From Flammeovirgaceae bacterium BBD 1991-12 (GTDB lineage: Bacteria; Bacteroidota; Bacteroidia; Cytophagales; Cyclobacteriaceae), in NCBI GenBank assembly GCA_001657315.1, contig LYSV01000022.1, forward strand, positions 1,309-65,308: a stretch of DNA of 64,000 nt, in the 5' to 3' direction. The notes under the pieces were generated by a model. The model was not told where the DNA came from. It saw only the letters and a program-made list of their open reading frames with translations, and did not search any database. Shown in pieces: positions 49,336 to 58,967 of the stretch; the stretch's first letter is position 1; each line of letters begins with the position of its first letter. The translations under genes and the position numbers were made by a program.

Positions 49336-49707
49336 CTACCTGAATATAGAATATCCTCCATAGGCTGCCAGTATCCCTGCAATGATGCTGCCTGCTACAT
49401 AGGCAAATGCAGTTACCATATCTTTTTGCTGCATTAACCCCATATTCTCAAAAGCAAAGGTGGAAAAGGTAGTGTAGCTGCCACAGATGCCTACACCCAG
49501 CAGGAGCCGGACCTCCGGACTGATGATGTTTGATTTCACAGCCGCTCCATACAGCATTCCCAAAAGAAAACTTCCAATGATATTCACGCTGAACGTGGCT
49601 AGTGGAAAGGCTCCCGAATAGTCCTTGTCAATCCACAGATAGGTGAGGTAGCGCAAAATGCTGCCTGCAAATCCTCCCAAACCCACGAGTAGTACCTGTT
49701 TTATCAT
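49336..49707 (-). CDS. crcB: fluoride ion channel CrcB/FluC
   Basis: It has four TM segments and the motifs GGFAGSILRY and GSYTTFSTF. The ATG at 49707 overlaps the stop of the upstream ORF (ATGA) and gives a typical ~123-aa length. Confidence 0.85.
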   Translation of the reverse strand: MIKQVLLVGLGGFAGSILRYLTYLWIDKDYSGAFPLATFSVNIIGSFLLGMLYGAAVKSNIISPEVRLLLGVGICGSYTTFSTFAFENMGLMQQKDMVTAFAYVAGSIIAGILAAYGGYSIFR

Positions 49708-50243
49708 TTGCCTTGTATGAATTTTTTCGGACATTTTTTTCGGAGGTATTTGATCACATCGGAGTAGCGGCTATGCTCCTGCATGCTCAGCTCGAGCTTC
49801 TTACCATCCGTAAACCGCACGTTTAACTCTTTAAAGGTACTGCCACCTGTTTTTACCTGATGTTCCGTCCATTGATTAACCTCTTTCAATGGATATGACT
49901 TCTTCGAGAAACGTAGCGGATATGCGAGGCTGATACGCTCCTGACCCACTTCTACTCTTTTGTATCCCCATATCAGCCTGGCCAGCAGACCAAGGGCCAG
50001 CGGAGCCAGTATGAGTACGATGAGATACTGGTACCACGCAGTATCACTACTGCGTAGCATATATGACAACACGTAGATTGAAACTCCCAGGCTGATCAGA
50101 ATGAAAATGCCAAGGGAAAAGAGTGTACTGATTTTTGGTTTGACAACGATCACAAAGGCCAAAGAAAAAGAAATAAAATGAAAAACGACCCCCTGACCAT
50201 GTTTACTTGTGCCTGCTTCAAAACAGTTTGGATGAGCATACAT
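49704..50243 (-). CDS. hypothetical membrane protein (N-terminal TM helices, soluble C-terminal domain)
   Basis: 179 aa with hydrophobic segments followed by a charged C-terminal domain. It appears translationally coupled to crcB. Confidence 0.55.
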   Translation of the reverse strand: MYAHPNCFEAGTSKHGQGVVFHFISFSLAFVIVVKPKISTLFSLGIFILISLGVSIYVLSYMLRSSDTAWYQYLIVLILAPLALGLLARLIWGYKRVEVGQERISLAYPLRFSKKSYPLKEVNQWTEHQVKTGGSTFKELNVRFTDGKKLELSMQEHSRYSDVIKYLRKKCPKKFIQGK

Positions 50244-50250
50244 TTATTAT

Positions 50251-50277
50251 TTAATTTGATTTGACCAATCAAATTAA
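50251..50277. promoter_or_regulatory. candidate MarR operator (perfect 11-bp inverted repeat)
   Basis: TTAATTTGATT-TGACC-AATCAAATTAA, in the 52-bp divergent intergenic region between the marR-family gene and the membrane-protein/crcB operon. Confidence 0.4.
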
Positions 50278-50295
50278 TTTTCTATTTTTAGAAAT

Positions 50296-50772
50296 ATGAA
50301 AATGAAGGAGAAGGTAGATAAACTCATGGATTTTTACCCCAGGATCTACTTTGCCTGTCATACCAGACATGTTACCGACCCGGAGACCAATGAAAAACTA
50401 ACAAGTAATCAGGTGAGCATACTGGATCATCTGGACGTTGATGAGCCGGTCAGCCTGTACGAATTGGCTACGCATATGGGTGTGACACCCTCCACCATGT
50501 CCATAACGGTCAACCGGCTTGAAAAAGCAGGATATATAGAAAGAAGAAAAAGTAAAATAGATGCACGCAAGGTGGAACTGGTACTTACGCAGAACGGAGT
50601 ACGAATAAAAAGATCCAAATCGGTACTTGATCCAGACAGGGTAGAGGCTGTTTTGAACAGGCTCAGTGAAAAAGAACGGCAGGTAGCACTGGACGGGCTG
50701 GGGTTGCTGGCATTTGCTTCTGAGATGGAAATGAAAAGCAGGAGCCTTAGTAAATCATGGAACAGAAGATAG
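50296..50772 (+). CDS. MarR family transcriptional regulator
   Basis: 158 aa with a winged HTH (LTSNQVSILDHL..VSLYELATHMGVTPSTMSITVNRLEKAGYIERR). Confidence 0.85.
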   Translation: MKMKEKVDKLMDFYPRIYFACHTRHVTDPETNEKLTSNQVSILDHLDVDEPVSLYELATHMGVTPSTMSITVNRLEKAGYIERRKSKIDARKVELVLTQNGVRIKRSKSVLDPDRVEAVLNRLSEKERQVALDGLGLLAFASEMEMKSRSLSKSWNRR

Positions 50773-50874
50773 CTCTTTTGCCATGGAAATCAGCCAGTAC
50801 AGTGCTCTGTTATGATGTGCCACGGATCGTCGGTCCTGTTTGTAAATAATTGACTTATCTAAAAGCTATGGATT

Positions 50875-51366
50875 ATGAAATGGTTATTGATCTCCGGTGG
50901 GATACTCGTCCTGCTGATCATCGTGGTTGTTGTAGTTGGCAGGTTACTTCCTTTAAAGCACAGTGTAACAGTATCGGGTAGATTTCAAACCGGGCTTGAC
51001 GACCTGTGGAAGGCAATCCGTGATTTCAACACCTATATGGAATGGAGAAGCTCGATCCGTGAACTAAATGTGATTGATGAGCTGGGCTGGATCGAAGTAG
51101 ATAAAAGAGGCCATAAGATCACTTTCGGTATAACAGAGGAGCATGCTGGTCGTAAAATGGTCGTAAAGATCATGGACAAGGACCTTCCCTTTGGAGGAGA
51201 ATGGGTCTATGAGGTCAGCGAAGGGAATGATGCCGCAGCCCTGAAGATCACGGAGAATGGAGAGATCTACAATCCGGTATTCCGGTTTGTATCGTGGTTT
51301 TTCATGGACAAAACGGCCACACTTAAAAGATACATGCAGGATCTGCAAAAACACTTAACATCATAA
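50875..51366 (+). CDS. SRPBCC family protein with N-terminal TM/signal anchor
   Basis: 163 aa with a hydrophobic N-terminus followed by an SRPBCC-like domain (LWKAIRDFNTYMEW). Confidence 0.7.
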   Translation: MKWLLISGGILVLLIIVVVVVGRLLPLKHSVTVSGRFQTGLDDLWKAIRDFNTYMEWRSSIRELNVIDELGWIEVDKRGHKITFGITEEHAGRKMVVKIMDKDLPFGGEWVYEVSEGNDAAALKITENGEIYNPVFRFVSWFFMDKTATLKRYMQDLQKHLTS

Positions 51367-51368
51367 AA

Positions 51369-51776
51369 ATGCCAGCTGGATATTCAGGAACTCCTCTTGC
51401 CAAAAAGTTGGGCATAAAAGAAGGACACAGGGTGTATCTCGTAAATGCGCCTGATTATTATTTCAACCTGTTCGATGATTTGCCTCAGATCAACTTTGTT
51501 TCCGACGAAAAGGAAACGGTTGATTTTATTCATTTTTTCTCCAAACAAAGGGAAGAACTCGAAAAGCTCTTTCCCGTATTAAAAGAAAGGCTCACCAAAA
51601 ATGGCCTTATGTGGATATCATGGCCCAAAAAGGCATCCAAAGTGCCAACCGACCTGGGTGATGGCATTGTCCGGACTACGGGGCTGTCCAATGGGTTGGT
51701 GGATGTGAAGGTATGTGCTGTGGATGAGGTGTGGTCAGGTTTGAAGTTTGTGTACAGAACAAAAGACAGAAAATGA
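51369..51776 (+). CDS. DUF3052 family protein
   Basis: 135 aa. The N-terminus AGYSGTPLAKKLGIKEGHRV is characteristic of DUF3052. Confidence 0.75.
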   Translation: MPAGYSGTPLAKKLGIKEGHRVYLVNAPDYYFNLFDDLPQINFVSDEKETVDFIHFFSKQREELEKLFPVLKERLTKNGLMWISWPKKASKVPTDLGDGIVRTTGLSNGLVDVKVCAVDEVWSGLKFVYRTKDRK

Positions 51777-52408
51777 GAGTAATGCTTTTGCTGCTGGTGA
51801 TAGCCGTAGGTTGCCAACCACGAAAAGATACCGGTTTTTCGGCATCGGAGAAACCAAAAGAAAAGGGATCCATAGAGCTGAATAGCAGTGAGAGTTTTGA
51901 TTCACTAAGCGTCACTTCTGATTTTGGAGGGCTGGGGTCGGTAAAGGCAAGGAACGTCGGAGAGTTTTTTGATCACAGGCTGAAGTTTTATAAGGTGGAC
52001 CGTCCTGATATGGACATTTGTGGTAGTCAGGTAAAGGAGCTGATGCTATACTTCATAGACTCCTCCCTGGTCAGGCTCCGGTATGATGTGGGCCATAACG
52101 TTTCCAATCAGTTACTGGACTCTCTGGGCCTGTCGAGATTCAAACCACTCGACAGTCTGAGTAAGGAGCTTCTCCGATCAAAAAAAGTATATGATAGAAT
52201 CAGGAGACGGCTGAACGGTCGGCTTGCCAACTACGAACTGGTCTGGCGTAAGGGCAACGCAGTCAACCGGTTCAGGGTCAATCGCAACATGACCGACTCA
52301 ACGGGCAGCTATTTGTTCTATACTGAGATGACCGGATACAAAAAGAAGCTTAGAGAGCTGGAGATCCATTACAATTACCTGGAGGCGACCCTGCCTGCTA
52401 CACTTTGA
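51773..52408 (+). CDS. hypothetical lipoprotein
   Basis: The ATG at 51773 overlaps the upstream stop (ATGA) and gives MRVMLLLLVIAVGC with a lipobox. Confidence 0.55.
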   Translation: MRVMLLLLVIAVGCQPRKDTGFSASEKPKEKGSIELNSSESFDSLSVTSDFGGLGSVKARNVGEFFDHRLKFYKVDRPDMDICGSQVKELMLYFIDSSLVRLRYDVGHNVSNQLLDSLGLSRFKPLDSLSKELLRSKKVYDRIRRRLNGRLANYELVWRKGNAVNRFRVNRNMTDSTGSYLFYTEMTGYKKKLRELEIHYNYLEATLPATL

Positions 52409-52481
52409 TTTTGTTATTGGTTAATGGGTTATTTGTTAATAGTTATCCAACCATTAACAGATAACCATTAACGCTTAACTA

Positions 52482-53300
52482 TTAAAAACTGTAGGTAATA
52501 CCAAGCCCATTACCCCGGGGTAGGATAGCTATGCCGTCAATTCTTTTCTGTTTTATCTTTGGGAACAGCTTCAAAACAGTTTCTGCACAGGCTATGCCGA
52601 GGGCATTGCCCAGCACGATATCCGAAAACCAGTGGGCGTTGCCGTATAATCTCGACCAGCTCACCAATACCGGTAAACTGTAAAAAAGGATTTTGGCGGG
52701 CAGGAAATTTACCCGTCGTGCCAGTATCCAGCTTGTTGCGATGGACAGCATGGCATGACCGGAGGGAAAGGAATGGTACGATGGCCCTCCGTAAGGCCTG
52801 AAAGAAAATATATCCCCATTGGTCTGTGGTCTGGCCCTTCCCACCAGGCTCTTCGCCAGTGTCTGAACGATCCCTGAGGTGGTTACCGAAGCAAAGATCA
52901 TCATACCTGTGTCACGCATCCAGTCATTGTTGACCAATACGCCGGTGCCCCAGAAAGCAATCATGAAGGGATAATTGTTTTCCGGCTGCCCGAGGAAATC
53001 ACCTACCCGTTCCATGTCATCCAGAAATGGGGTTCTGTGCTTTATAGAGAACTTATACACGGGTTTATCCAGCCACAAGGATGAGGCAGAGACCGCCAGC
53101 ACCCCTCCAAGCCTTAACCAGTCCTTCTTTTTCCACTGCAATGGTCTTGCATACGTGCCCACTACCGTCTGAAAAGTGATCACACCATCATCCAGTACTC
53201 TCTGATGTATCTTCCTTTTGGGTGATGGAGGTATTTCCTGACCGGACACAAATCCCACTACGCCCACGATCAATAAAAGAGTAAGGTAGTTTTTTTTCAT
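52482..53300 (-). CDS. PAP2 (phosphatidic acid phosphatase type 2) family phosphatase
   Basis: The ATG at 53300 gives a signal/TM N-terminus. It has the PAP2 motifs KSLVGRARP, PSGHA and SRLYGNAHWFSD. Confidence 0.8.
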   Translation of the reverse strand: MKKNYLTLLLIVGVVGFVSGQEIPPSPKRKIHQRVLDDGVITFQTVVGTYARPLQWKKKDWLRLGGVLAVSASSLWLDKPVYKFSIKHRTPFLDDMERVGDFLGQPENNYPFMIAFWGTGVLVNNDWMRDTGMMIFASVTTSGIVQTLAKSLVGRARPQTNGDIFSFRPYGGPSYHSFPSGHAMLSIATSWILARRVNFLPAKILFYSLPVLVSWSRLYGNAHWFSDIVLGNALGIACAETVLKLFPKIKQKRIDGIAILPRGNGLGITYSF

Positions 53301-53337
53301 ACCAGGCTTTCCCCTGTGAATTTTTTTAACATAAGTT

Positions 53338-55056
53338 TCAAGCCTGTACCAGATTTGGCAACTCGAGGGTAACGGTGGTCCCCTTGTTCTCCTGTGAATC
53401 AAGAACAACATTCCCTCTGAGCTTTTCAACGGTTTCCTTTACAATGTACAGTCCCAGTCCTGAGCCAGCATTGTCCTCTGTGGCTCTGTAAAACATTTTG
53501 AAGACGTTTTTAAGATGTTTTTTGGGTATGCCCTGGCCGTTGTCACTAATGAGGACCCTGGCGGTGGCGTCATCCACTTTTACTTCTACCCTGACATGCG
53601 GATCTGAATTGCCGGAATACCGAATAGCGTTGGAAATGAGATTGTTAAATACCACCTTTAGTCGTTTTTGGTCGGATTTAAAGATATGTTGCTGATCAAT
53701 TTCTATTTCTTTCACGATCGTTTTTTCCTCTGAACCATACTTCAACTGGTCAAAGATGTCGTTGATCATGGCTTCGAAGGATATTTCTTCCTGGTCCACC
53801 TCAAGCCGCGCGTTTCTGGAAAGGTCCAGGATATCCTTGATAAAATTATCCTGCTGCTCTGCGCTCTGGGCCACCATGGAAAGATATTTACGCATCATTT
53901 CTATATCCTCTTCCTTTTTGGCCAGATTTACCAGGCCCAGTACAGAAGCAATAGGGGCGCGAAGGTCATGTGAAACACTGTACACGAAATTGTCCAGCTC
54001 AATATTGGCCTTCCGCAGCTTTCTGTTGGAGATCTTGATCTTTTCTTCGGTTTTCTTTCGCATCTGGATCTCCTCGTGCAGCTCCTTCGTACGTTCCTTC
54101 ACTTTTGTCTCGAGGTTTTCATTAAACTCCGTCATTGCTTTCTGGGCTACGGTCCTTTCGTGCACCGTGGCATACAAAATAATGGTAGATATGCTTATGA
54201 TCCCAATGAAAACCTGCAACAATAGGAGAGAAGCCTCTTCAGAAGCCAAAACGAACGGTCCGTGCCCCTGAATGGTAAAATAAATGGCAATAAATGAAAC
54301 GATCAGTATACCCGATGCAGTGATCTGCAGGTTGAACCTGAAACTCAGCCAGAGAAGAAAAGGTACGATCAGGAAAGGGAAGGATCGCTGAATAGTTTCC
54401 GACAGTGGATTGTAGTTCATAACCGCAATGATCACGGCAAGTGCTGTGGTAAACACACCCCATTCAAGAGTCTGATTTCTGTTCCATTTAAATTTAAACC
54501 TGTCTGACCAGGAAATGACAAAAGGAGTGATAATGAGTATACTCACTACATTACCCACCCACCACGTGCTGACATTGCTTATAAAGTCTGCCTGATCAAT
54601 AATACCATAGATGACCAGGCCGGTAGTACCAATACCTGAGCCAATAAAGCACATGGCCAGGGCTACCAGCAAGAAGATGAAGACATGGATGGTCTTCAGA
54701 AAAGGATTTTTGCTTTTTATAAAACGAAGGGTCAGATAATAGCCAAACAGCGCTTCCAGTGTATTGCCGATGGCAATGACCACCAGTGCGGAGATCAATC
54801 CGGGAGAAAGCTCGGTTTCAACATTCAGGAATACCAGTGAGTTGGCGATCAGTGAGCCTATGGTCACAGCAGGCCAGGTCCGGTATCCCGTGAGGATGAT
54901 AAGCGCGAGCGCCAGACCGGCGGGAGGCCATAGTGGCGCAGCCTTTGATTCTGGGAAAGATAACCATAAACCGATTTGTGCCGATATGTAGTATAAAACG
55001 GCAACAATTACAATTCGTAGATCTGTACTTCTGGTGACTTGTTTTAACCTGTACAT
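53338..55056 (-). CDS. sensor histidine kinase with N-terminal MASE1 membrane domain
   Basis: It has a multi-TM MASE1-like N-terminus (APLWPPAGLALA), a coiled coil, a HisKA H-box (SVSHDLRAPI) and HATPase_c (DNGQGI, GSGLGL). The ATG at 55056 is used; the track GTG at 55089 is possible. Confidence 0.85.
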   Translation of the reverse strand: MYRLKQVTRSTDLRIVIVAVLYYISAQIGLWLSFPESKAAPLWPPAGLALALIILTGYRTWPAVTIGSLIANSLVFLNVETELSPGLISALVVIAIGNTLEALFGYYLTLRFIKSKNPFLKTIHVFIFLLVALAMCFIGSGIGTTGLVIYGIIDQADFISNVSTWWVGNVVSILIITPFVISWSDRFKFKWNRNQTLEWGVFTTALAVIIAVMNYNPLSETIQRSFPFLIVPFLLWLSFRFNLQITASGILIVSFIAIYFTIQGHGPFVLASEEASLLLLQVFIGIISISTIILYATVHERTVAQKAMTEFNENLETKVKERTKELHEEIQMRKKTEEKIKISNRKLRKANIELDNFVYSVSHDLRAPIASVLGLVNLAKKEEDIEMMRKYLSMVAQSAEQQDNFIKDILDLSRNARLEVDQEEISFEAMINDIFDQLKYGSEEKTIVKEIEIDQQHIFKSDQKRLKVVFNNLISNAIRYSGNSDPHVRVEVKVDDATARVLISDNGQGIPKKHLKNVFKMFYRATEDNAGSGLGLYIVKETVEKLRGNVVLDSQENKGTTVTLELPNLVQA

Positions 55057-55164
55057 CCGCAAAAAATTAGACCATAAGGTGCCAACCACAGTCCAAACGG
55101 GGCCTTAAGATAATCATTAATCGAGATTAATCAAGGTAATTGCCTATAAATCAATTTTATAAAA

Positions 55165-55644
55165 CTACCAAACGTAACCCCCTGAAGGTGGCGGATAATC
55201 ACCGGCCATCCGCCTGAGTAAAACGATCTCGCCCAGGTGATAGGAAATATGTGAGGCCATAGCCTGATATACATTCCATGCATTTTCATAACGTTCAGGA
55301 TAGTTTAACCGATCAATATCCTTGATTATGGTTTTGGCTTTTTCTATGTTGTTGAGGAGGGTATCCAGAGTTTCCGAAAATTCATGATCATTGGCAGGAG
55401 CCGGGTTCTGTACCCATCCATCACCGGACTTTTCCACCCGCGGAAGTTTGTTTTCAGACAAATAGTCAAGAAAGTAATCATGCCAGAAAGAAACATGTTT
55501 TATCAGCTGCCATATGGTATAGGGTGAGTTATGGATGAGTTTGCCGGCTACCTCGGGAGTAAGTCCTTCCAGGGCCTTTACAGGGCTGAGATGTGCCCGT
55601 TCGCCATTCAGGGCATTTTTGAAGGCGTTTTTTATTTCTTCCAT
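55165..55644 (-). CDS. DinB family protein
   Basis: 159 aa with a four-helix-bundle DinB_2-like pattern and conserved His positions (IWQLIKHVSFWHDY ... ASHISYHLGEI). Confidence 0.8.
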   Translation of the reverse strand: MEEIKNAFKNALNGERAHLSPVKALEGLTPEVAGKLIHNSPYTIWQLIKHVSFWHDYFLDYLSENKLPRVEKSGDGWVQNPAPANDHEFSETLDTLLNNIEKAKTIIKDIDRLNYPERYENAWNVYQAMASHISYHLGEIVLLRRMAGDYPPPSGGYVW

Positions 55645-55786
55645 ATTGAAGTGGGCTTATTTGAGACTGTGAGGAAGATGCAAGGATGAATTTTGAGTGC
55701 TTTTATTATGTCCCGGGATTATTCTGGGTCAGTGTCTCAGTACCTCTGCCGTGCGTGTTGAAAATATGTATATTTCCCAATACCTG

Positions 55787-56011
55787 CTATCCCTTAAAGA
55801 CCTTGTCTTCCAACCTTGCAATACGATCTTCCAATTTTTCCTGACGGGTGAGGAGATGATCATTCATCCTGTGGAACTGATCTATTAACTCTTTCTGGCC
55901 TTTTACTAATTCAGACAGGATCTCTGTATTTTGTGACAAGATCTCCTCCTGCCGGTCCTGCTTTCGTAGGCTCTCCGCCAGCAGTTCGACTATTTTATCT
56001 TCATTCTTCAT
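55787..56011 (-). CDS. hypothetical coiled-coil protein (74 aa)
   Basis: A clean ORF with heptad-like charged sequence. No family was recognised. Confidence 0.4.
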   Translation of the reverse strand: MKNEDKIVELLAESLRKQDRQEEILSQNTEILSELVKGQKELIDQFHRMNDHLLTRQEKLEDRIARLEDKVFKG

Positions 56012-56184
56012 AGATCAAATATACATTAAAGAGAATAAAGGGGTTTTATTTGAAACAACCTTTCCTTTTAAAATCATTTTGCTCCATACTCTCTGTAAAA
56101 AACAAGTGATTTCATTTATCAAAAGATCAAATCCATGTTTTTGGTTCAGTTATTATCTTTATTTTATAAAAATGATGAGAAAAA

Positions 56185-57504
56185 TCAAAATATAAGCCTG
56201 AAAGTAGTGCCGCGGCCAGCTTTTGATGCTACTTTAATTTTACCTCCATGTAGTTGCATGATCTGTTGAGCGAGCGCCAGGCCTATGCCTGAGCCTTCCT
56301 TTTTTGTGGTGAAAAAAGGGATAAATATCTGATCTAGTTTATCCTTGTCAATTCCTGTTCCGTTGTCAGTTATGGTGATCTCGTGCTCGTCAGGACATGC
56401 TATCAGCAATTCCGGTGAATCTGTTGTTTCCATAGCCTCTATGCCGTTTTTGATAAGATTAATGAGCACCTGATCCAGCAGGTCGCGGTCGGCCAGGACC
56501 TGTGTGTTTTTCTGAATGTTCAAATGGACCTTAACCCTTTCCAGATCCATTTTCAGGAGCTCCAGAATGCGTTCTACCTGGTTACTCACCACCACTGTTT
56601 CGAATTTGGGTGTGGGTATTTTGGTCAGTTTCCTGTAGGCCTGGATGAAAGACTGAAGTCCTGTGCCCCTGTTTTCCACAGCGTCCAGTCCGGTCCAGAG
56701 CTTTTCCACTGTTTCCGGTGTGATCGGCGATCCGTTGTTCTTACTTTTTTCTACGATCTGTTTCAGCGTTGAGCTCAATGACGTGATTGGCGTGACCGAG
56801 TTCATAATCTCATGGGTAAGCACTCTTATCAGTTTTTGCCAGGCTACCATTTCATTGGCATCCAGCTCATTTTTGATGTTTTGGAGAGACACCAGCTTGT
56901 AATACATTCCCTGAAGTCTGAACTCTGAGGCATGTATGTTGATCTGCCGGATCTCATTGTTGATCACGATCTTTACCAGCCGGTTCTGGCCGGACCGGAT
57001 CTCTCTGATGCCAGACAGTAATGAGGGATCAACCTTGTCGATCGCCTTCAGATTCAAAATGAGAGGCAGGTGCAACAGTTTTTTGGTGGCCTCGTTGACC
57101 AGATGGATCTTCTCGTTCTCGTCGAAACTAATAATGCCCACACTGACATGTTCGATCAAGGCTTCCAGGAAAATGTGCTGGACTTCTTTTTCAGAGCTGA
57201 TCTGCTCAAATTTTCTTGTGATCTGATTAAATACACTGTAAAGCTCATTGAACGAGCGGCCTCTGGCCCTTTCTGGAAACGTAGTGGTAAAGTCACTTTG
57301 TAGTAAGGCCAGTAAAAAGGCCTTGAAATCACGATTGGTACGGTCCACATACCACACGAACTCGGCAATAGCTATGAGAAGAAAAACAAAAAGATAGACA
57401 CTTCTCAGATAGTGGGCCGATACCAGAAGATAGTAGATATGAGCGGTAAGGATGGTCGCAATAACAATAATGCGGATCAGGATAAGAATTCTGAAATTTT
57501 TCAT
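56185..57504 (-). CDS. sensor histidine kinase (NtrB/AtoS-like, two TM segments)
   Basis: 439 aa with an H-box (LTHEIMNSVTPI) and HATPase_c (DNGTGI, GSGIGLALAQQI). Its start overlaps the stop of the upstream response regulator by 1 nt. Confidence 0.85.
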   Translation of the reverse strand: MKNFRILILIRIIVIATILTAHIYYLLVSAHYLRSVYLFVFLLIAIAEFVWYVDRTNRDFKAFLLALLQSDFTTTFPERARGRSFNELYSVFNQITRKFEQISSEKEVQHIFLEALIEHVSVGIISFDENEKIHLVNEATKKLLHLPLILNLKAIDKVDPSLLSGIREIRSGQNRLVKIVINNEIRQINIHASEFRLQGMYYKLVSLQNIKNELDANEMVAWQKLIRVLTHEIMNSVTPITSLSSTLKQIVEKSKNNGSPITPETVEKLWTGLDAVENRGTGLQSFIQAYRKLTKIPTPKFETVVVSNQVERILELLKMDLERVKVHLNIQKNTQVLADRDLLDQVLINLIKNGIEAMETTDSPELLIACPDEHEITITDNGTGIDKDKLDQIFIPFFTTKKEGSGIGLALAQQIMQLHGGKIKVASKAGRGTTFRLIF

Positions 57505-58874
57505 TACAGACCGTATTTTTCCATTCTTCTGTACATGGCTCCACGTGATAGCCCCAGCTCTTTGGCAGCATGACTTACATTGCCGTTGTGCTTTAGCAAG
57601 GCTTTCCTGACGGCCCAGGCTTCCAGATTTTCCAGGTTATAATTGTCAAATTCGGCTGTGCTGTGGTCTGTTGATCCTGACAGGTTGAAGTCACCGGTTT
57701 TCAGTCGGGGTCCTTCACTCATGATCACTGCCCTTTCCACGGCATGTTGCAACTCTCTGACATTACCCCGCCAGTCATAGCCATTCAGGTCATCAATTAC
57801 CTCATCGGGGATGTGCAGTTCGTCTTTCTGATACTTTTTGGAGTACAGGTTCAGAAAATGCCCGGCCAATGCTGCGATATCAGTTTTTCGGTCTCTCAGG
57901 GGCGGTAGGGTGACTTCCATCGTGTTGATCCTGTAAAACAGGTCTTCCCGGAACTCTCCCGCCTTCACCATGACCGGTAAGTCCCGGTTGGTGGCGGATA
58001 TGATCCTCACATCTGTTTGTACAGGTGTATTCGATCCTACCCGGGTTATTTTTTTCGACTGGATGGCCGTGAGCAGTTTTGACTGCTGTGCCAATGGAAG
58101 ATTTCCGATCTCGTCCAGGAACAAAGTGCCTCCGGATGCCGCTTCGAATCTACCCATCCGGTCTTCCCGGGCATCTGTAAAAGCTCCTTTTTTATGTCCG
58201 AAAAGCTCACTCTCAAAAAGATTTTCCTGAATGGCCCCGAGATCAACTGAAATGAACACCTCATTTCTGCGCAGGGAGGCCTGATGTATGGCACGGGCAG
58301 CCACCTCCTTACCGGTGCCGTTTTCACCGAGTATCAGTATATTGGCATCCGTAGGCGCTACTTTTTCAATAAACCGTGATACAGATCTCATCGCCTGTGA
58401 AGTACCGATCATTTCTGTGGACGAACCGGAAGAAGACCCGGTGAGCAGGGCCTGTCTCGATTTCAGCTTATTGATCTGTTCATGCTGCTCCGATAGACTG
58501 AAAGTAGTATTAACCGTGGCCAGAAGTCGCTCGTTCTGCCATGGTTTGGTGATAAAATCCGTTGCTCCTTCCTTCATGGCTTCTACGGCTATGTTCACAT
58601 CGCCGTAGGCAGTCATCATGATAATGCTGGTATTTGGGTTTCGGGATTTGATCTGCTTCAGAAGTTGCAGCCCTTCCTTACCTGAAGTTTCTCCCTGTGA
58701 AAAATTCATATCCAGCAGTACCACCTGATAATCTTTCTTTTTGAGATATTCTGCTGCTTTTGATGGTTGATTGACTGTATCTACAGTTTCAAAATACTCT
58801 TCCAGCAAAAGTTTCAGACTGACCAGAATATAATCGTCATCATCTATGATCAGAATGTTACCGGCTTTTTTCAT
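57504..58874 (-). CDS. sigma-54-dependent response regulator (NtrC family)
   Basis: It has a REC domain (ILIIDDD..LLDMNF), an AAA+ sigma-54 interaction domain (GENGTGKE, GAFTDA, ESELFGH) and a C-terminal Fis-type HTH. The ATG at 58874 is preferred over the GTG at 58898. Confidence 0.92.
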   Translation of the reverse strand: MKKAGNILIIDDDDYILVSLKLLLEEYFETVDTVNQPSKAAEYLKKKDYQVVLLDMNFSQGETSGKEGLQLLKQIKSRNPNTSIIMMTAYGDVNIAVEAMKEGATDFITKPWQNERLLATVNTTFSLSEQHEQINKLKSRQALLTGSSSGSSTEMIGTSQAMRSVSRFIEKVAPTDANILILGENGTGKEVAARAIHQASLRRNEVFISVDLGAIQENLFESELFGHKKGAFTDAREDRMGRFEAASGGTLFLDEIGNLPLAQQSKLLTAIQSKKITRVGSNTPVQTDVRIISATNRDLPVMVKAGEFREDLFYRINTMEVTLPPLRDRKTDIAALAGHFLNLYSKKYQKDELHIPDEVIDDLNGYDWRGNVRELQHAVERAVIMSEGPRLKTGDFNLSGSTDHSTAEFDNYNLENLEAWAVRKALLKHNGNVSHAAKELGLSRGAMYRRMEKYGL

Positions 58875-58905
58875 TTTTTTGAATTGTTCGTACTTCACCT
58901 ATAAG

Positions 58906-58940
58906 AAACCTTACTAAGCCTTTAAGGCTTAGTAAGGTTT
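58906..58940. repeat. REP-like palindrome (downstream flank of RayT gene)
   Basis: AAACCTTACTAAGCC-TTTAA-GGCTTAGTAAGGTTT, with perfect 15-bp arms. Confidence 0.7.
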
Positions 58941-58967
58941 TGAACGAGAGAAGATAAGCTGAACTTT

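Noticed and set aside
52421-52471. AT-rich imperfect inverted repeat (TTAATGGGTTATTTGTTAAT ... ATTAACAGATAACCATTAA) between convergent genes, a possible bidirectional terminator
   Set aside because: The stem is AT-rich with mismatches and has no clear U-tract. It is plausible but too weak to list as a feature.
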